This document shows positions 1 through 10,639 of a DNA stretch of 64,000 nt, piece after piece. Source of the stretch: Pantoea sp. Its GTDB lineage: Bacteria > Pseudomonadota > Gammaproteobacteria > Enterobacterales > Enterobacteriaceae. The notes under the pieces are model-generated. The model was not told the DNA's origin. It ran no database searches and worked only from the letters and a program-made list of their open reading frames with translations. Positions within the stretch are counted from its first letter, which is position 1, and the number at the start of each line of letters is the position of its first letter. A program made the position numbers and the translations under genes. Where the stretch lies: assembly GCF_039594315.1 (NCBI RefSeq), contig NZ_JBCNNP010000018.1, positions 8,389-72,388 of the forward strand. Reading direction: 5' to 3'.

Positions 1-732
<732 letters not shown>

Positions 733-752
733 GGTCGCCATTCATGGTGACC
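733..752. repeat. 20-nt hairpin GGTCGCCATTCATGGTGACC (copy 1), immediately after the yhbP stop
   Basis: Near-identical hairpin recurs at 19962-19981. A variant occurs at 33967-33986. Each copy lies directly after a stop codon. Confidence 0.6.
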
Positions 753-890
753 TAAAGCCAGACGAGCCGGCAAAGGCGGTAATTTTTGGCGGCGGATCAA
801 GTTTGAGCGCATTCCATGTGGCACTTTGCAAAGCCCTGAATAACACTAAGGTCTATCCGTCGCAAATCCCCTTGCGGCATCGTTATTCAG

Positions 891-1946
891 TTGAATACGG
901 AATTCGTCATGACCCAACTTGCTTCTCACGCCCCAGCGACGCGCTTCGCCTGGTGGAAACCGCTGTTGTTCCTCGCGGTGGTACTCATCGGTTTGTGGTA
1001 CGTCAAATGGCAGCCTTACTACGGCAAAGCCTTCACCGCGGCTGAAACCCATTCCATTGGCAAATCGATTCTGGCAAATGCGGCTGATTCGCCGTGGCGC
1101 GCGGCGCTGGATTACGCCATGGTTTACTTCCTGGCGGTGTGGAAAGCGGCGGTGCTCGGCGTGATTCTGGGATCGCTGGTGCAAGTGCTGATTCCACGCA
1201 ACTGGTTGCTACGCCTGATGGGCAGCACGCGCTTTGGTTCAACCTTAATCGGCACCGGCCTGGGTTTGCCGGGCATGATGTGCAGCTGTTGTGCCGCACC
1301 AGTAACCGCCGGATTGCGTCAATCGCAGGTTTCCAGCGGCGCGGCGATGGCGTTCTGGCTGGCAAATCCACTGCTCAATCCGGCCACGTTGATTTTCATG
1401 GGCTTTGTGTTGGGCTGGAATTTTGCCGCGATTCGCTTGCTGGCGGGTTTATTCATGGTTTTGGGCATCGCCTGGCTGGTGCAACGCAGCGTGCCTGAAC
1501 CCGCGGTTAACGCGCCAACGCTGACAGCCAGCACTGATCAACAACCGTTTTTAACCCGCTGGCTGCGCGTGATGTGGCGATTGTTCTGCAACACCATTCC
1601 GCTGTATATCGTGGCGGTGTTACTGCTGGGAGCCGCGCGCGTTTGGCTGTTCCCGCATGCGGATGGCGTGGTTGGTAATACGCTGTTTTGGGTGATATTG
1701 ATGGCGATTGCCGGCTGCCTGTTTGTGATTCCGACCGCAGCAGAAATCCCGATTGTGCAAACCATGATGCTAGCGGGCATGGGCGTTGCGCCTGCGCTGG
1801 CGCTGTTGGTAACGCTTCCCGCTGTCAGTGTGCCGTCGTTATTGATGCTGCATCGCGCCTTTCCCGCGCGGGCATTGTGGCGCGCGCTGTTCGGCGTAGC
1901 ATTCAGCGGCATGTTGCTCGGCGCTATCGCTTTGTGGTTCACGTAA
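891..1946 (+). CDS. Predicted permease, YraQ/ArsP-like (DUF318) multi-pass membrane protein
   Basis: 351-aa highly hydrophobic ORF with the PGMMCSCCAAP motif typical of this permease family. Start could be 891 or the ATG at 909. Confidence 0.7.
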   Translation: MNTEFVMTQLASHAPATRFAWWKPLLFLAVVLIGLWYVKWQPYYGKAFTAAETHSIGKSILANAADSPWRAALDYAMVYFLAVWKAAVLGVILGSLVQVLIPRNWLLRLMGSTRFGSTLIGTGLGLPGMMCSCCAAPVTAGLRQSQVSSGAAMAFWLANPLLNPATLIFMGFVLGWNFAAIRLLAGLFMVLGIAWLVQRSVPEPAVNAPTLTASTDQQPFLTRWLRVMWRLFCNTIPLYIVAVLLLGAARVWLFPHADGVVGNTLFWVILMAIAGCLFVIPTAAEIPIVQTMMLAGMGVAPALALLVTLPAVSVPSLLMLHRAFPARALWRALFGVAFSGMLLGAIALWFT

Positions 1947-2405
1947 GCGCCAAATTTTCTGATTGCGGCTGCCGCGCCACAGCAGCCGCGCATCTTTCTC
2001 CGCTTCGATAAAACGTCCGTCAATCAGCACATCAATTTCATCAATCACCTCGCGCTGCGCTGCGCTCAGTTCCGCCATTTCATAGCCGGTCCATAGCCAG
2101 ATATCCTTATCGGGACATTCGCGCCGCACGCGTTTCACCAAACGACGTATGTGCGGCACGTTGTGCGGATGCAGCGGATCGCCACCGCTTAACGATAATC
2201 CCTGGCGTGGAATGCGCCGATCCTTAAGATCGGCAATCAGCTGTTCTTCCATCTCCAGCGTAAACGGCACGCCAGAATCCAGCCGCCACGTACTCTGGTT
2301 ATAGCAGCCACGGCATTGGTGTTCGCAACCCGCGACAAACAGCGTACAGCGCGTGCCGGGGCCGTTAACGATATCGACAGAATAATATTGGTGGATGTGC
2401 ATCAT
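1839..2405 (-). CDS. nrdG: Anaerobic ribonucleoside-triphosphate reductase activating protein (radical SAM)
   Basis: N-terminus HQYYSVDIVNGPGTRCTLFVAGCEHQCRGCYNQSTW is the NrdG signature with the CxxxCxxC cluster. The start overlaps the nrdD stop by 4 nt. The ORF runs about 34 aa past the usual ..WRGSxNQ..R end. Confidence 0.9.
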   Translation of the reverse strand: MMHIHQYYSVDIVNGPGTRCTLFVAGCEHQCRGCYNQSTWRLDSGVPFTLEMEEQLIADLKDRRIPRQGLSLSGGDPLHPHNVPHIRRLVKRVRRECPDKDIWLWTGYEMAELSAAQREVIDEIDVLIDGRFIEAEKDARLLWRGSRNQKIWRLREPQSDSAEQHAAECYAEQRAPQCPRGKGAMQHQ

Positions 2406-4540
2406 CCCAGTTGTCCTGTCTCCAGATGTTTCACCCGACGCTGCACTTCTTCTTGCTTACCGGCGTTGAACGGGCGCGCATCCGGGCTGCCGAGATAACC
2501 GCACACGCGGCGCGTTACCGAAACGCGAGCCGGATCGTGATTGCCGCAGCTTGGACAGGTAAAGCCTTTGCTGGTGCAGCTAAATTCGCCGCTGAAACCG
2601 CATTCATAGCATTCATCAATCGGCGTGTTGGTGCCGTAATACGGCACGCGGTGATAGCTGTAATCCCAGACATCTTCCAGTGCTTTCAGGTTGTGCTGGA
2701 TGTTGGGGTATTCGCCGTAGCAGATGAACCCGCCGTTGGCGATGGCCGGATAGGGCGCTTCGAAGTCGATCTTGTCGTACGGATTGACCTTTTTCTCCAC
2801 GTCGAGATGGAAGCTGTTGGTGTAATAGCCTTTGTCGGTGACGCCCGCAACCACGCCAAATTCGGCGGCATCGAGGCGACAGAAGCGATCACACAAATTC
2901 TCGCTCGGCGTGCTGTACAAGCTAAAGCCGTAGCCGGTTTCGGCTTTCCAGGCGTCCACCGCCTGACGCAGATGGTGAACAATCGCCACGCCTTTTTCGC
3001 GCAAATGCGCGGCATCATACGGATGAACTTCATTGCCGCTCAGCGCATTCAGGGTTTCATGCAGACCGATATAGCCAAGGGAAATTGAGGCGCGCCCATT
3101 ACGGAAAATCGCGCCGATTTCATCATCGGCTTTCAGCCGCACGCCGCAGGCCCCTTCCATATACAAAATCGGCGCCACACGCGCTTTGGTTTTTTCCAGC
3201 CGCGCGATACGCGTCATCAATGCGCGTTTCGCCAATTCCAAACGCTGATCCAGCAATTGCCAGAACAGCTCTTCATCACCTTTGGCTTCCAGCGCGATGC
3301 GCGGCAAGTTCAGGCTGATCACGCCAATGTTGTTGCGCCCTTCGTGAATCTGCTCGCCGTTCTCTTCATAAACGCCGAGGAAGCTGCGGCAACCCATTGG
3401 CGTTTTGAATGAGCCGGTGATTTCCACCACTTTTTCGTAGTTAAGGATATCGGGATACATGCGTTTGCTGGCGCACTCCAGCGCCAGCTGCTTGATATCG
3501 TAATTAAAATCACCGGGTCGACGATTCACACCTTCACGAATGGCAAATACCAGTTTCGGGAATACCGCGGTTTTATGATTTTTGCCCAAGCCGGCAATAC
3601 GATTGCGCAGGATTGATTGCTGAATCAGCCGCGCCGCCCAATCGGTGCCGAGGCCAAAACCAAAGGTCACAAACGGCGTTTGGCCGTTGGCGGTATGCAG
3701 CGTGTTGACTTCATATTCCAGCGATTGGAACGCGTCATAGCACTCTTTCTCGGTGCGCACGCGGGCATAGGCTTCGGCATCGGCAATCTGCCATTCATTT
3801 GCCACTGCACGATGTTTTTCCAGACTGAGATTCACGAAGGGAGCCAGCACTTCATCAATACGATTGATGGTGGTGCCGCCATAAATGTGGCTGGCGACCT
3901 GAGCAATGATCTGCGCCGTGACGGCGGTAGCGGTGGCGATCGATTTAGGCGGTTCGATCTCGGCGTTACCCATTTTGAAACCGTTGTTGAGCATGCCTTG
4001 CAGATCGATCAACATGCAGTTAAACATCGGGAAAAACGGTGAATAATCAAGATCGTGATAGTGGATCTCGCCGCGTTCGTGCGCCAGCACCACGTCGCGC
4101 GGCAGCAGTTGTTGCTGCGCATAATGCTTAGCGACAATGCCCGCCAGTAAATCGCGCTGAGTGGGAATCACCTTGCTGTCTTTATTGGCGTTTTCGTTGA
4201 GCAGCGCAGCATTGGTTTGCTCCACCAAACCACGAATGGCGTGATGCAGTTTGCCGCGTTGCTCACGTGCCAGATCGCGATCGTGGCGATATTCGATGTA
4301 GGCGCGCGCTAGCTGCGGCCAGCGCCCGCTCATCAACGTCTCTTCCACCGCGCACTGAATTTCGCGGATATCCACTTCACTGCGTTCGGCGAGTTGCTGG
4401 CTAACCTGCGCCGCCACCTGTTGGCACCAAAGTGCATCGTCAATCTGCGCGGCACGCGCCGCCGCCAATACTGCAACTTCAATTCGCTGCGCATCAAACG
4501 GCACTCTGCAACCGTCACGCTTAATCACCACCGTCGCCAT
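2402..4540 (-). CDS. nrdD: Anaerobic ribonucleoside-triphosphate reductase, class III
   Basis: 712-aa ORF with an N-terminal ATP-cone, a C-terminal Zn-ribbon (CxxC..CxxC) and the glycyl-radical tail RVCGYLG. Confidence 0.97.
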   Translation of the reverse strand: MATVVIKRDGCRVPFDAQRIEVAVLAAARAAQIDDALWCQQVAAQVSQQLAERSEVDIREIQCAVEETLMSGRWPQLARAYIEYRHDRDLAREQRGKLHHAIRGLVEQTNAALLNENANKDSKVIPTQRDLLAGIVAKHYAQQQLLPRDVVLAHERGEIHYHDLDYSPFFPMFNCMLIDLQGMLNNGFKMGNAEIEPPKSIATATAVTAQIIAQVASHIYGGTTINRIDEVLAPFVNLSLEKHRAVANEWQIADAEAYARVRTEKECYDAFQSLEYEVNTLHTANGQTPFVTFGFGLGTDWAARLIQQSILRNRIAGLGKNHKTAVFPKLVFAIREGVNRRPGDFNYDIKQLALECASKRMYPDILNYEKVVEITGSFKTPMGCRSFLGVYEENGEQIHEGRNNIGVISLNLPRIALEAKGDEELFWQLLDQRLELAKRALMTRIARLEKTKARVAPILYMEGACGVRLKADDEIGAIFRNGRASISLGYIGLHETLNALSGNEVHPYDAAHLREKGVAIVHHLRQAVDAWKAETGYGFSLYSTPSENLCDRFCRLDAAEFGVVAGVTDKGYYTNSFHLDVEKKVNPYDKIDFEAPYPAIANGGFICYGEYPNIQHNLKALEDVWDYSYHRVPYYGTNTPIDECYECGFSGEFSCTSKGFTCPSCGNHDPARVSVTRRVCGYLGSPDARPFNAGKQEEVQRRVKHLETGQLG

Positions 4541-4809
4541 TTCCCCTCCATGAAACTACATGTAGATATTTTTAAGGAGTGTAATCGCTATATGTGGTGC
4601 TTAGCTGAGAATTAATCGCGTTGGAATTGACCTACAGCAAAGAAGCCACAAGCAAGATTGAAAGCCGCGCAATGGTTAACTTGGCTAGAATGTAAAAGTT
4701 TTAACCCGCCTTGATTTCAGCCCCTCGCTACTTGCTTTGCAAAGCGAAACAGGTTTAATGAGCCTTTTGCCCATTTTGGTCCGTCATTTTTGTCGAAAAG
4801 GATGCCCAC

Positions 4810-7194
4810 ATGTCGTTGCAAAGAACGTTGCTTGCCTGTTGTTTATCCGTCACTTTTTCCTCTTTTGCCGCACCCGCCGGTGATCTGCCCTTAATGCCCT
4901 GGCCACAAAAAGTGGAACAGCCCAGCGCTGGCGGTTCTTACACACTGAATCCGCAATTTACGCTGCATATCAGCGGTGATCATCTGGAAGGTGCCGAAGC
5001 GCGCTGGCGGGCGCGTATTTCGCGCCAAACCGGCTGGCCGCTGCTGCCAGCTAGCCCAACCGGCAACGGGCCACGCATTCAGGTACAAATTGCTCAGGCG
5101 GTCGATCCGGTGCCGCAACCGGATAGCGATGAAAGCTATCATTTGCTGGTCAACAGCGATGGTGTGCTGCTGAAAGCCAACACCCGTTTTGGCGCGATGC
5201 GTGGCATGGAAACGGTGTTGCAGCTGATTGAAAATACGCAGAATGGCACCGAGATCCCTTACGTCACCATTGACGACAAACCGCGTTTTCCGTGGCGCGG
5301 CGTGCTGATTGATTCGGCGCGTCACTTCTTGCCGATTGAAACGGTGAAGCGCCAAATTGACGGCATCGCCGCCGCCCGTATGAACGTGTTCCATTGGCAT
5401 TTAACTGATGATCAGGGCTGGCGATTTGCCTCCAACCATTATCCGCAGTTGCAGGAAAAGGCCAGCGACGGCCTGTATTATACGCAGCAGCAGATGCGTG
5501 ATGTGGTGCGTTATGCTACCCAGCGCGGCGTGCGCGTCGTGCCGGAAATTGACGTGCCGGGCCATGCTTCGGCGATCGCTGTGGCGATGCCGGAACTGCT
5601 TAGCGCGCCGGGTCCGTATCAGATGGAGCGCGGTTGGGGCGTGTTTAAGCCGCTGCTTGATCCCAGCAACGAAGCGGTATTTCGCTTTATCGACACTTTG
5701 ATGGGTGAAGTGACGGCGATCTTCCCGGATCCTTACGTGCATATTGGCGGCGACGAGGTCGATCCGACGCAATGGAACGAATCGCCGCGCATTCAGCAAT
5801 TTATGCGCGATCACGGCTTAAAAGACACGCACGCGCTGCAAGCCTGGTTTAATCAGCGCGTGGAAAAAATTCTTGAAGCGCACCAGCGCCGCATGATCGG
5901 CTGGGACGAGGTTTATCATCCAGATCTGCCGAAAAGCATCTTGATTCAGTCATGGCAAGGTCAGGATGCGCTGGGCGATGCGGCAAAAAATGATTTCCGC
6001 GGCATTCTCTCCACCGGTTTCTATCTCGATCAACCGCAAACCGCTGCCTATCACTACCGCAACGAACCTTGGCCGCAAGGCTTGAATGGCGCGGATCAAG
6101 TGCAAGCGGGTGAGCAAACGCAAAGCTGGCAATTCACCATGCCGCGCCTGAAAGGCAGCGCATTGAAAGGCAGTTTTACCTTGATTGATGGCAAAGAGGG
6201 TTGGCGCGGCTTTATCGATTTCAGCGGCAAAGCGCGCCGCATGGTCAGCGATATTCGCTGGTTATCGCCAACGCAACTGACGTTCAACGTTGATACGTGG
6301 ATGGGGCCGTTCCAGCCGGTGGTGACGCTGACGCAAGATAAGTTGACCGGTTATATGCTGGTGGGCAACGTGCGTTATCCCACCGAAGGCAGCAAGCTAG
6401 CGCAGGTGCCGAAAGGTATTGCGCCGTCAGTGCCGACGCCGGAGCAGATGCAAAATAATCTGATTGGTGGGGAAGCCGCGTTGTGGGCGGAAAACGTTAA
6501 TAGCCGCGTTATCGATACACGTTTGTGGCCGCGCGCTTTTGTGGTGGCGGAACGTTTGTGGTCGGCGAAAGATGTCACCGACAGCGACAACATGTATCAA
6601 CGCCTCAGCGCGGTGGATCGTTGGGGCACCATTTCGGTCGGTTTGCAGCAGCACCAGCAAGCCGAAGTGCAAATGATGCGGCTGGCGAATAGCACCGACA
6701 TCACGCCGCTGCGCGTATTGGCCGAAGTGCTGGAGCCAGCGCAGTATTACACGCGGCAACACCTGAAATTCCAGGCAGGCCATTACGACTATTTCGAGCC
6801 GCTCAATCGTTTGGCGGATGTGTTACCGGCGGAAAGCAACGCGGTGCGCTTGCTGGATAAGCAGGTTGACCGGCTGATTGCCAATCGTACCGATCACGCG
6901 GCAGCCAATGCGATTCGTCAGCAATTACAAAGCTGGCAGAGCAACAGCGACGCGGTGATGCCGCTGATTTTGGCCAATTATCAGCTCAAGCCGTTGCAGC
7001 AACAAGCGCAGCAGGTGGCGCAGTTGAGCCGCATGGGGCTGGATTTGGTGGCGGCGCTGGAGCGCAATCAGGCGTATGGCGCAGGCGAAGTGGCGCAGAT
7101 GCATGCGCAGTTGGATGCGGCGGCGCAGGTGCAGGATGAAACGGTGCTGGCGCTGGTGAGGCCGTTAGAGAAGTTACTGCGTTCGTTTAAATAG
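4810..7194 (+). CDS. Secreted beta-N-acetylhexosaminidase (glycoside hydrolase family 20)
   Basis: 794-aa ORF with an N-terminal signal peptide (..SSFAAPAG). GH20 catalytic core motifs are present: RGVLIDSARHF, FHWHLTDDQGWR, HIGGDE. Confidence 0.9.
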   Translation: MSLQRTLLACCLSVTFSSFAAPAGDLPLMPWPQKVEQPSAGGSYTLNPQFTLHISGDHLEGAEARWRARISRQTGWPLLPASPTGNGPRIQVQIAQAVDPVPQPDSDESYHLLVNSDGVLLKANTRFGAMRGMETVLQLIENTQNGTEIPYVTIDDKPRFPWRGVLIDSARHFLPIETVKRQIDGIAAARMNVFHWHLTDDQGWRFASNHYPQLQEKASDGLYYTQQQMRDVVRYATQRGVRVVPEIDVPGHASAIAVAMPELLSAPGPYQMERGWGVFKPLLDPSNEAVFRFIDTLMGEVTAIFPDPYVHIGGDEVDPTQWNESPRIQQFMRDHGLKDTHALQAWFNQRVEKILEAHQRRMIGWDEVYHPDLPKSILIQSWQGQDALGDAAKNDFRGILSTGFYLDQPQTAAYHYRNEPWPQGLNGADQVQAGEQTQSWQFTMPRLKGSALKGSFTLIDGKEGWRGFIDFSGKARRMVSDIRWLSPTQLTFNVDTWMGPFQPVVTLTQDKLTGYMLVGNVRYPTEGSKLAQVPKGIAPSVPTPEQMQNNLIGGEAALWAENVNSRVIDTRLWPRAFVVAERLWSAKDVTDSDNMYQRLSAVDRWGTISVGLQQHQQAEVQMMRLANSTDITPLRVLAEVLEPAQYYTRQHLKFQAGHYDYFEPLNRLADVLPAESNAVRLLDKQVDRLIANRTDHAAANAIRQQLQSWQSNSDAVMPLILANYQLKPLQQQAQQVAQLSRMGLDLVAALERNQAYGAGEVAQMHAQLDAAAQVQDETVLALVRPLEKLLRSFK

Positions 7195-7207
7195 TTGGGA
7201 TTGTGCT

Positions 7208-7336
7208 CGCTGTCCCCCATCCCGGCCTTCCCCCGCTCGCGGGGGAAGGAGACGTTGCCACATGCAGTCTTAGAACTCGCATTTTGCATCATCTTCCTCC
7301 CCCACTTGTGGGGGAGGACCGAGGAGGGGGACAGCC
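7208..7336. repeat. Pair of inverted REP-like palindromic units (family A)
   Basis: CTGTCCCCCATCCCGGCCTTCCCCCGCTCGCGGGGGAAGGA and the inverted TCCTCCCCCACTTGTGGGGGAGGACCGAGGAGGGGGACAGC. Related units occur at 11896-12020, 15941-15985 and 27998-28042. Confidence 0.85.
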
Positions 7337-7349
7337 AGCACCGACTAAA

Positions 7350-7736
7350 TCAGCGACGTACCGCGATCGCTTCAATCTCAATCTTCACATCTTTCGGCAG
7401 ACGCGCCACTTCCACGCATGAACGTGCTGGGAAGCTGGCGTTGTGCTCGGTGAAAAACGCTTCATAAGTGGCATTCACCGTTGCGAAGTCATTCAAATCC
7501 TTCACAAATACGGTGGTTTTTACAATGTCGCCCACTTTCAGGCCGGCGGCTTCAACAATCGCCTTCACATTTTCCAAAGATTGACGCGCTTGAGCAGACA
7601 CATCATCTGCCACTGCGCCAGTGGCAGGATCAACTGGAATCTGGCCTGAAGTGATGATCATGCTGCCGAGATCCACGCCCTGCACGTAAGGGCCAATTGC
7701 GGCAGGTGCGTTAGAGGTACTGATTTCGCGAGACAT
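7350..7736 (-). CDS. ridA: RidA/YjgF family reactive enamine/imine deaminase
   Basis: 128-aa ORF starting MSREISTSNAPAAIGPYVQG and ending ..RLPKDVKIEIEAIA. Lies downstream of pyrBI as in E. coli. Confidence 0.93.
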   Translation of the reverse strand: MSREISTSNAPAAIGPYVQGVDLGSMIITSGQIPVDPATGAVADDVSAQARQSLENVKAIVEAAGLKVGDIVKTTVFVKDLNDFATVNATYEAFFTEHNASFPARSCVEVARLPKDVKIEIEAIAVRR

Positions 7737-7814
7737 TGTTTCTCCTTAGAAGTGCGCGGCCGACCGATGTCCGCCGCGATATGAATCGCCCCATTATAGG
7801 GACGCGACCGGCGA

Positions 7815-8279
7815 TTACCAGTGACCGAGCACCACGTGGCGCGCGAACTCTTTCTCGCAATATTTACACTTCAGATGTACATCATCTTCGCGTTTTTTTA
7901 CCGCAAAGCTGGTCGAAACCGGTTCATTACGGCTGATGCAGTTGGTGTTCGGGCAGGTCAACACGCGTTCGATACGATCCGGCAAGGTTGGGGCGATCTT
8001 CGCCACCACTTCGTAGTCATCAATGCGGTTCACCGTGGCGAGCGGCGCGTACACCGCCAGCTGATTGATCTGATCGTCGGTCAGGAACGTGTTCTCGATC
8101 TTGATCAGATCCTTGCGGCCCATTTCGCCCGACGGCAAGTTCAGGCCAATGGTGATGCGTTGATCGGTTTCGGTTAGACGAAACAGCGAGAGGATTTTAA
8201 AGCCAATCTGCGCCGGGATATGGTCAATCACCGTGCCGCGTTTGATCGCTTCAACCTGCAATTTATTATCGTGAGTCAT
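7815..8279 (-). CDS. pyrI: Aspartate carbamoyltransferase regulatory chain
   Basis: 154-aa ORF starting [22 protein letters not shown], with a C-terminal Zn domain (CPNxNCIS..CKYCE). Confidence 0.96.
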   Translation of the reverse strand: MTHDNKLQVEAIKRGTVIDHIPAQIGFKILSLFRLTETDQRITIGLNLPSGEMGRKDLIKIENTFLTDDQINQLAVYAPLATVNRIDDYEVVAKIAPTLPDRIERVLTCPNTNCISRNEPVSTSFAVKKREDDVHLKCKYCEKEFARHVVLGHW

Positions 8280-8290
8280 CGGTTTGCTCC

Positions 8291-9226
8291 TTACAGTGCC
8301 AGATCGCGATTCAATACCAGCGCCAGCAATGCCTGGCGCGCGAAGATGCCGTTACCAGCCTGCTGGAAATACCAGGCGTGCGGCGTGCTATCAACGTCGG
8401 TAGTGATTTCATCAATGCGTGGCAGGGGATGCAGCACTTTCATGTTGTCGCGCGCACCGGCTAAATCCGCAGCACGTAGAATAAACTGCGCTTTGACGTT
8501 GGCGTATTCAGACGGATCGAGACGCTCTTTCTGCACGCGCGTCATGTAGAGAATATCGAGTTCAGGCATCACTTCTTCGATAGTGTCGTGGCGTGACCAG
8601 GCAATGTTCTGCTCATCCAGCATATCGGTGATGTAAGCAGGCATCGCCAGTGCATCCGGTGCAATGAAGAAGAAGCGATTGCCGCTGAATTTCGCCAGCG
8701 CCTGCGTCAACGAGTGCACGGTGCGGCCATATTTCAGGTCGCCGACCATCGCCACATTGAGGTTATCGAGGCGGCTTTGCGTTTCGCGGATGGTGAACAG
8801 ATCGAGCAGCGTTTGCGTTGGATGCTGGTTGGCACCGTCGCCGGCATTCAGAATCGGAATGCCGCCGGAGAATTCCGTGGCCAGACGCGCCGCGCCTTCT
8901 TGCGGGTGACGCATCACAATGGCATCAACGTAAGTACCAATCACCGAAATGGTATCGGCCAGCGTTTCGCCCTTCTTGCCGAGCGAAGTGTTGCTGCCGT
9001 CAGCAAAACCCACCACTGATGCGCCGAGGCGATGCATCGCGGTTTCAAACGACAAACGTGTGCGTGTTGAGGCTTCAAAGAAGCAACTGGCTATCACATT
9101 ATGCTTCAGCAGTTCTGGCTGAGGATGCGCTTTCAACTGGGCGGCGGTGTGCAGCACCAGCTCCAGCTCATCGCGGCTGAGATCGTTAATGGAAATGATG
9201 TGCTTGCGATATAGCGGGTTGGCCAT
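8291..9226 (-). CDS. pyrB: Aspartate carbamoyltransferase catalytic chain
   Basis: 311-aa ORF with the STRTR and HPxQ carbamoyltransferase motifs and HPLPR near the C-terminus. Confidence 0.97.
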   Translation of the reverse strand: MANPLYRKHIISINDLSRDELELVLHTAAQLKAHPQPELLKHNVIASCFFEASTRTRLSFETAMHRLGASVVGFADGSNTSLGKKGETLADTISVIGTYVDAIVMRHPQEGAARLATEFSGGIPILNAGDGANQHPTQTLLDLFTIRETQSRLDNLNVAMVGDLKYGRTVHSLTQALAKFSGNRFFFIAPDALAMPAYITDMLDEQNIAWSRHDTIEEVMPELDILYMTRVQKERLDPSEYANVKAQFILRAADLAGARDNMKVLHPLPRIDEITTDVDSTPHAWYFQQAGNGIFARQALLALVLNRDLAL

Positions 9227-9258
9227 AGCGTTCTCCTCTGCGCTGCCGGATTGCGGAC

Positions 9259-9290
9259 AAAAAAAAGCCCCTGCTTAAGGGGCTTTTTTT
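9259..9290 (-). terminator. pyrBI attenuator (rho-independent hairpin plus T-run upstream of pyrB)
   Basis: Minus strand reads AAAAAAAGCCCCTTAAGCAGGGGCTTTTTTTT, about 35 nt upstream of the pyrB ATG. It overlaps the end of the leader ORF. Confidence 0.75.
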
Positions 9291-9376
9291 ACGATCGATT
9301 GATGACGGAAAGAAACACGTGCGCCGCCCGCTGTCAGGCGTCGTTGAGCGTCAAATTGTGCGCTGCGCTGTTGCAT
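9275..9376 (-). CDS. pyrL: Candidate pyrBI leader peptide (33 aa)
   Basis: Own translation from the ATG at 9376, preceded by GGAGGAAAC: MQQRSAQFDAQRRLTAGGARVSFRHQSIVKKAP. The stop lies inside the attenuator hairpin, as expected for UTP-sensitive transcription/translation coupling. The sequence is not similar to the E. coli PyrL I recall. Confidence 0.55.
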   Translation of the reverse strand: MQQRSAQFDAQRRLTAGGARVSFRHQSIVKKAP

Positions 9377-9466
9377 GTTTCCTCCGGCAAATTGGGCCGC
9401 ATTATACGCATTCACTGATTTGCATCAAGCAAATATCGCGCACGAGGTAAACGTTTGCTTGTGCTG

Positions 9467-10477
9467 TTATTGCTTGTTGCCCAGCGTCGCCACCATCACG
9501 GCTTTAATGGTGTGCATACGGTTTTCTGCCTGGTCAAACACAATACTGTGAGCCGATTCAAACACCTCATTGCTCACTTCCATGCCATCCTGCAAACCGT
9601 ACTGTTCGGCCATTTGGCGGCCTAAGGTGGTTTGGTCATCATGGAAGGCCGGTAAACAGTGCAGGAATTTCACCTGCGGATTGCCGGTCAAGGCCAGCAT
9701 CGCGCTGTTCACCTGATACGGACGCAGCAGGGCGATGCGCTCTTCCCATACCGATTTGGCTTCACCCATCGAAACCCACACATCAGTGTAGATGAAGTCG
9801 GCACCTTGCACGCCTTCAGCGATATCTTCGGTCAAGGTAATTTTGCCGCCGGTTTGCTGGGCTGCGAGGCGGCACTGTTCGACTAAATCACCTTCCGGCC
9901 AGCAGCCTTTTGGCGCCACTAAACGCAGGTCCAATCCGACCAATGCGGCGGCTTCCAGCATGCTGTTGCCCATGTTGTTACGCGCATCGCCAACATACAC
10001 CAACGTCATTTGATTCAAGGTTTTGCCTGGCAGATGTTCCTGCATCGTCAGCAGATCGGCTAACAGCTGAGTGGGATGAAACTCGGTGGTTAAGCCGTTC
10101 CACACCGGCACGCCAGCGAATTCCGCTAAGGTTTCCACTAATTCCTGGCCATAACCGCGATATTGAATGCCGTCATACATACGTCCCAACACGCGCGCGG
10201 TGTCTTTCATCGACTCTTTATGGCCGATTTGGCTACCGCTTGGGCCGAGATAGGTAACGTTAGCGCCCTGATCGTAAGCGGCAACTTCGAAAGAGCATCG
10301 AGTACGAGTCGAGTCTTTTTCGAAGATGAGCGCGATGTTTTTGCCTTTCAGGTACTGCGTCTCGGCGGCATTTTTCTTAGCGTGTTTTAATTCACCGGCC
10401 AAACTCAGCAGTGAATCGATTTCTGCGGGGGTGAAATCCAGTAATCTCAGGAAATGTCTTTGATACAGCTGACTCAT
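9467..10477 (-). CDS. argI: Ornithine carbamoyltransferase
   Basis: 336-aa ORF with the STRTR, HPTQ and HCLP motifs. Position next to pyrBI matches argI synteny. Confidence 0.95.
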   Translation of the reverse strand: MSQLYQRHFLRLLDFTPAEIDSLLSLAGELKHAKKNAAETQYLKGKNIALIFEKDSTRTRCSFEVAAYDQGANVTYLGPSGSQIGHKESMKDTARVLGRMYDGIQYRGYGQELVETLAEFAGVPVWNGLTTEFHPTQLLADLLTMQEHLPGKTLNQMTLVYVGDARNNMGNSMLEAAALVGLDLRLVAPKGCWPEGDLVEQCRLAAQQTGGKITLTEDIAEGVQGADFIYTDVWVSMGEAKSVWEERIALLRPYQVNSAMLALTGNPQVKFLHCLPAFHDDQTTLGRQMAEQYGLQDGMEVSNEVFESAHSIVFDQAENRMHTIKAVMVATLGNKQ

Positions 10478-10502
10478 ACAGCGCTCCAGATGCTCACATT
10501 AA

Positions 10503-10520
10503 AATGAATTAAAATTCAAT
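10503..10520. promoter_or_regulatory. ARG box (ArgR operator) upstream of argI
   Basis: AATGAATTAAAATTCAAT fits the TGAAT-N4-ATTCA core exactly. It lies 26 nt upstream of the argI start. A weaker second box (TATGAATATGCATTTTCA, 10528-10545) follows. Confidence 0.6.
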
Positions 10521-10639
10521 CTAACCGTATGAATATGCATTTTCAACCCCGTCGTTAAGAAACTTGTTGTTTTGTGTAGTGGCGCGCGAGGCAGTGTGGG
10601 AAAATAATTGTATTCAGCCGAAAATTTGAGGACACACCC

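Noticed and set aside
4627-4640. Possible FNR site TTGACCTACAGCAA upstream of nrdD
   Set aside because: It matches the TTGAT-N4-ATCAA consensus at only 7 of 10 positions, and I could not find a convincing second site. It is plausible biologically but not supportable from sequence alone.
10528-10545. Second ARG box next to the perfect one
   Set aside because: The right half-site is poor (ATTTT versus ATTCA). The centre-to-centre distance to box 1 is 25 bp rather than the canonical 21 bp. I mention it only as a note under the first box.
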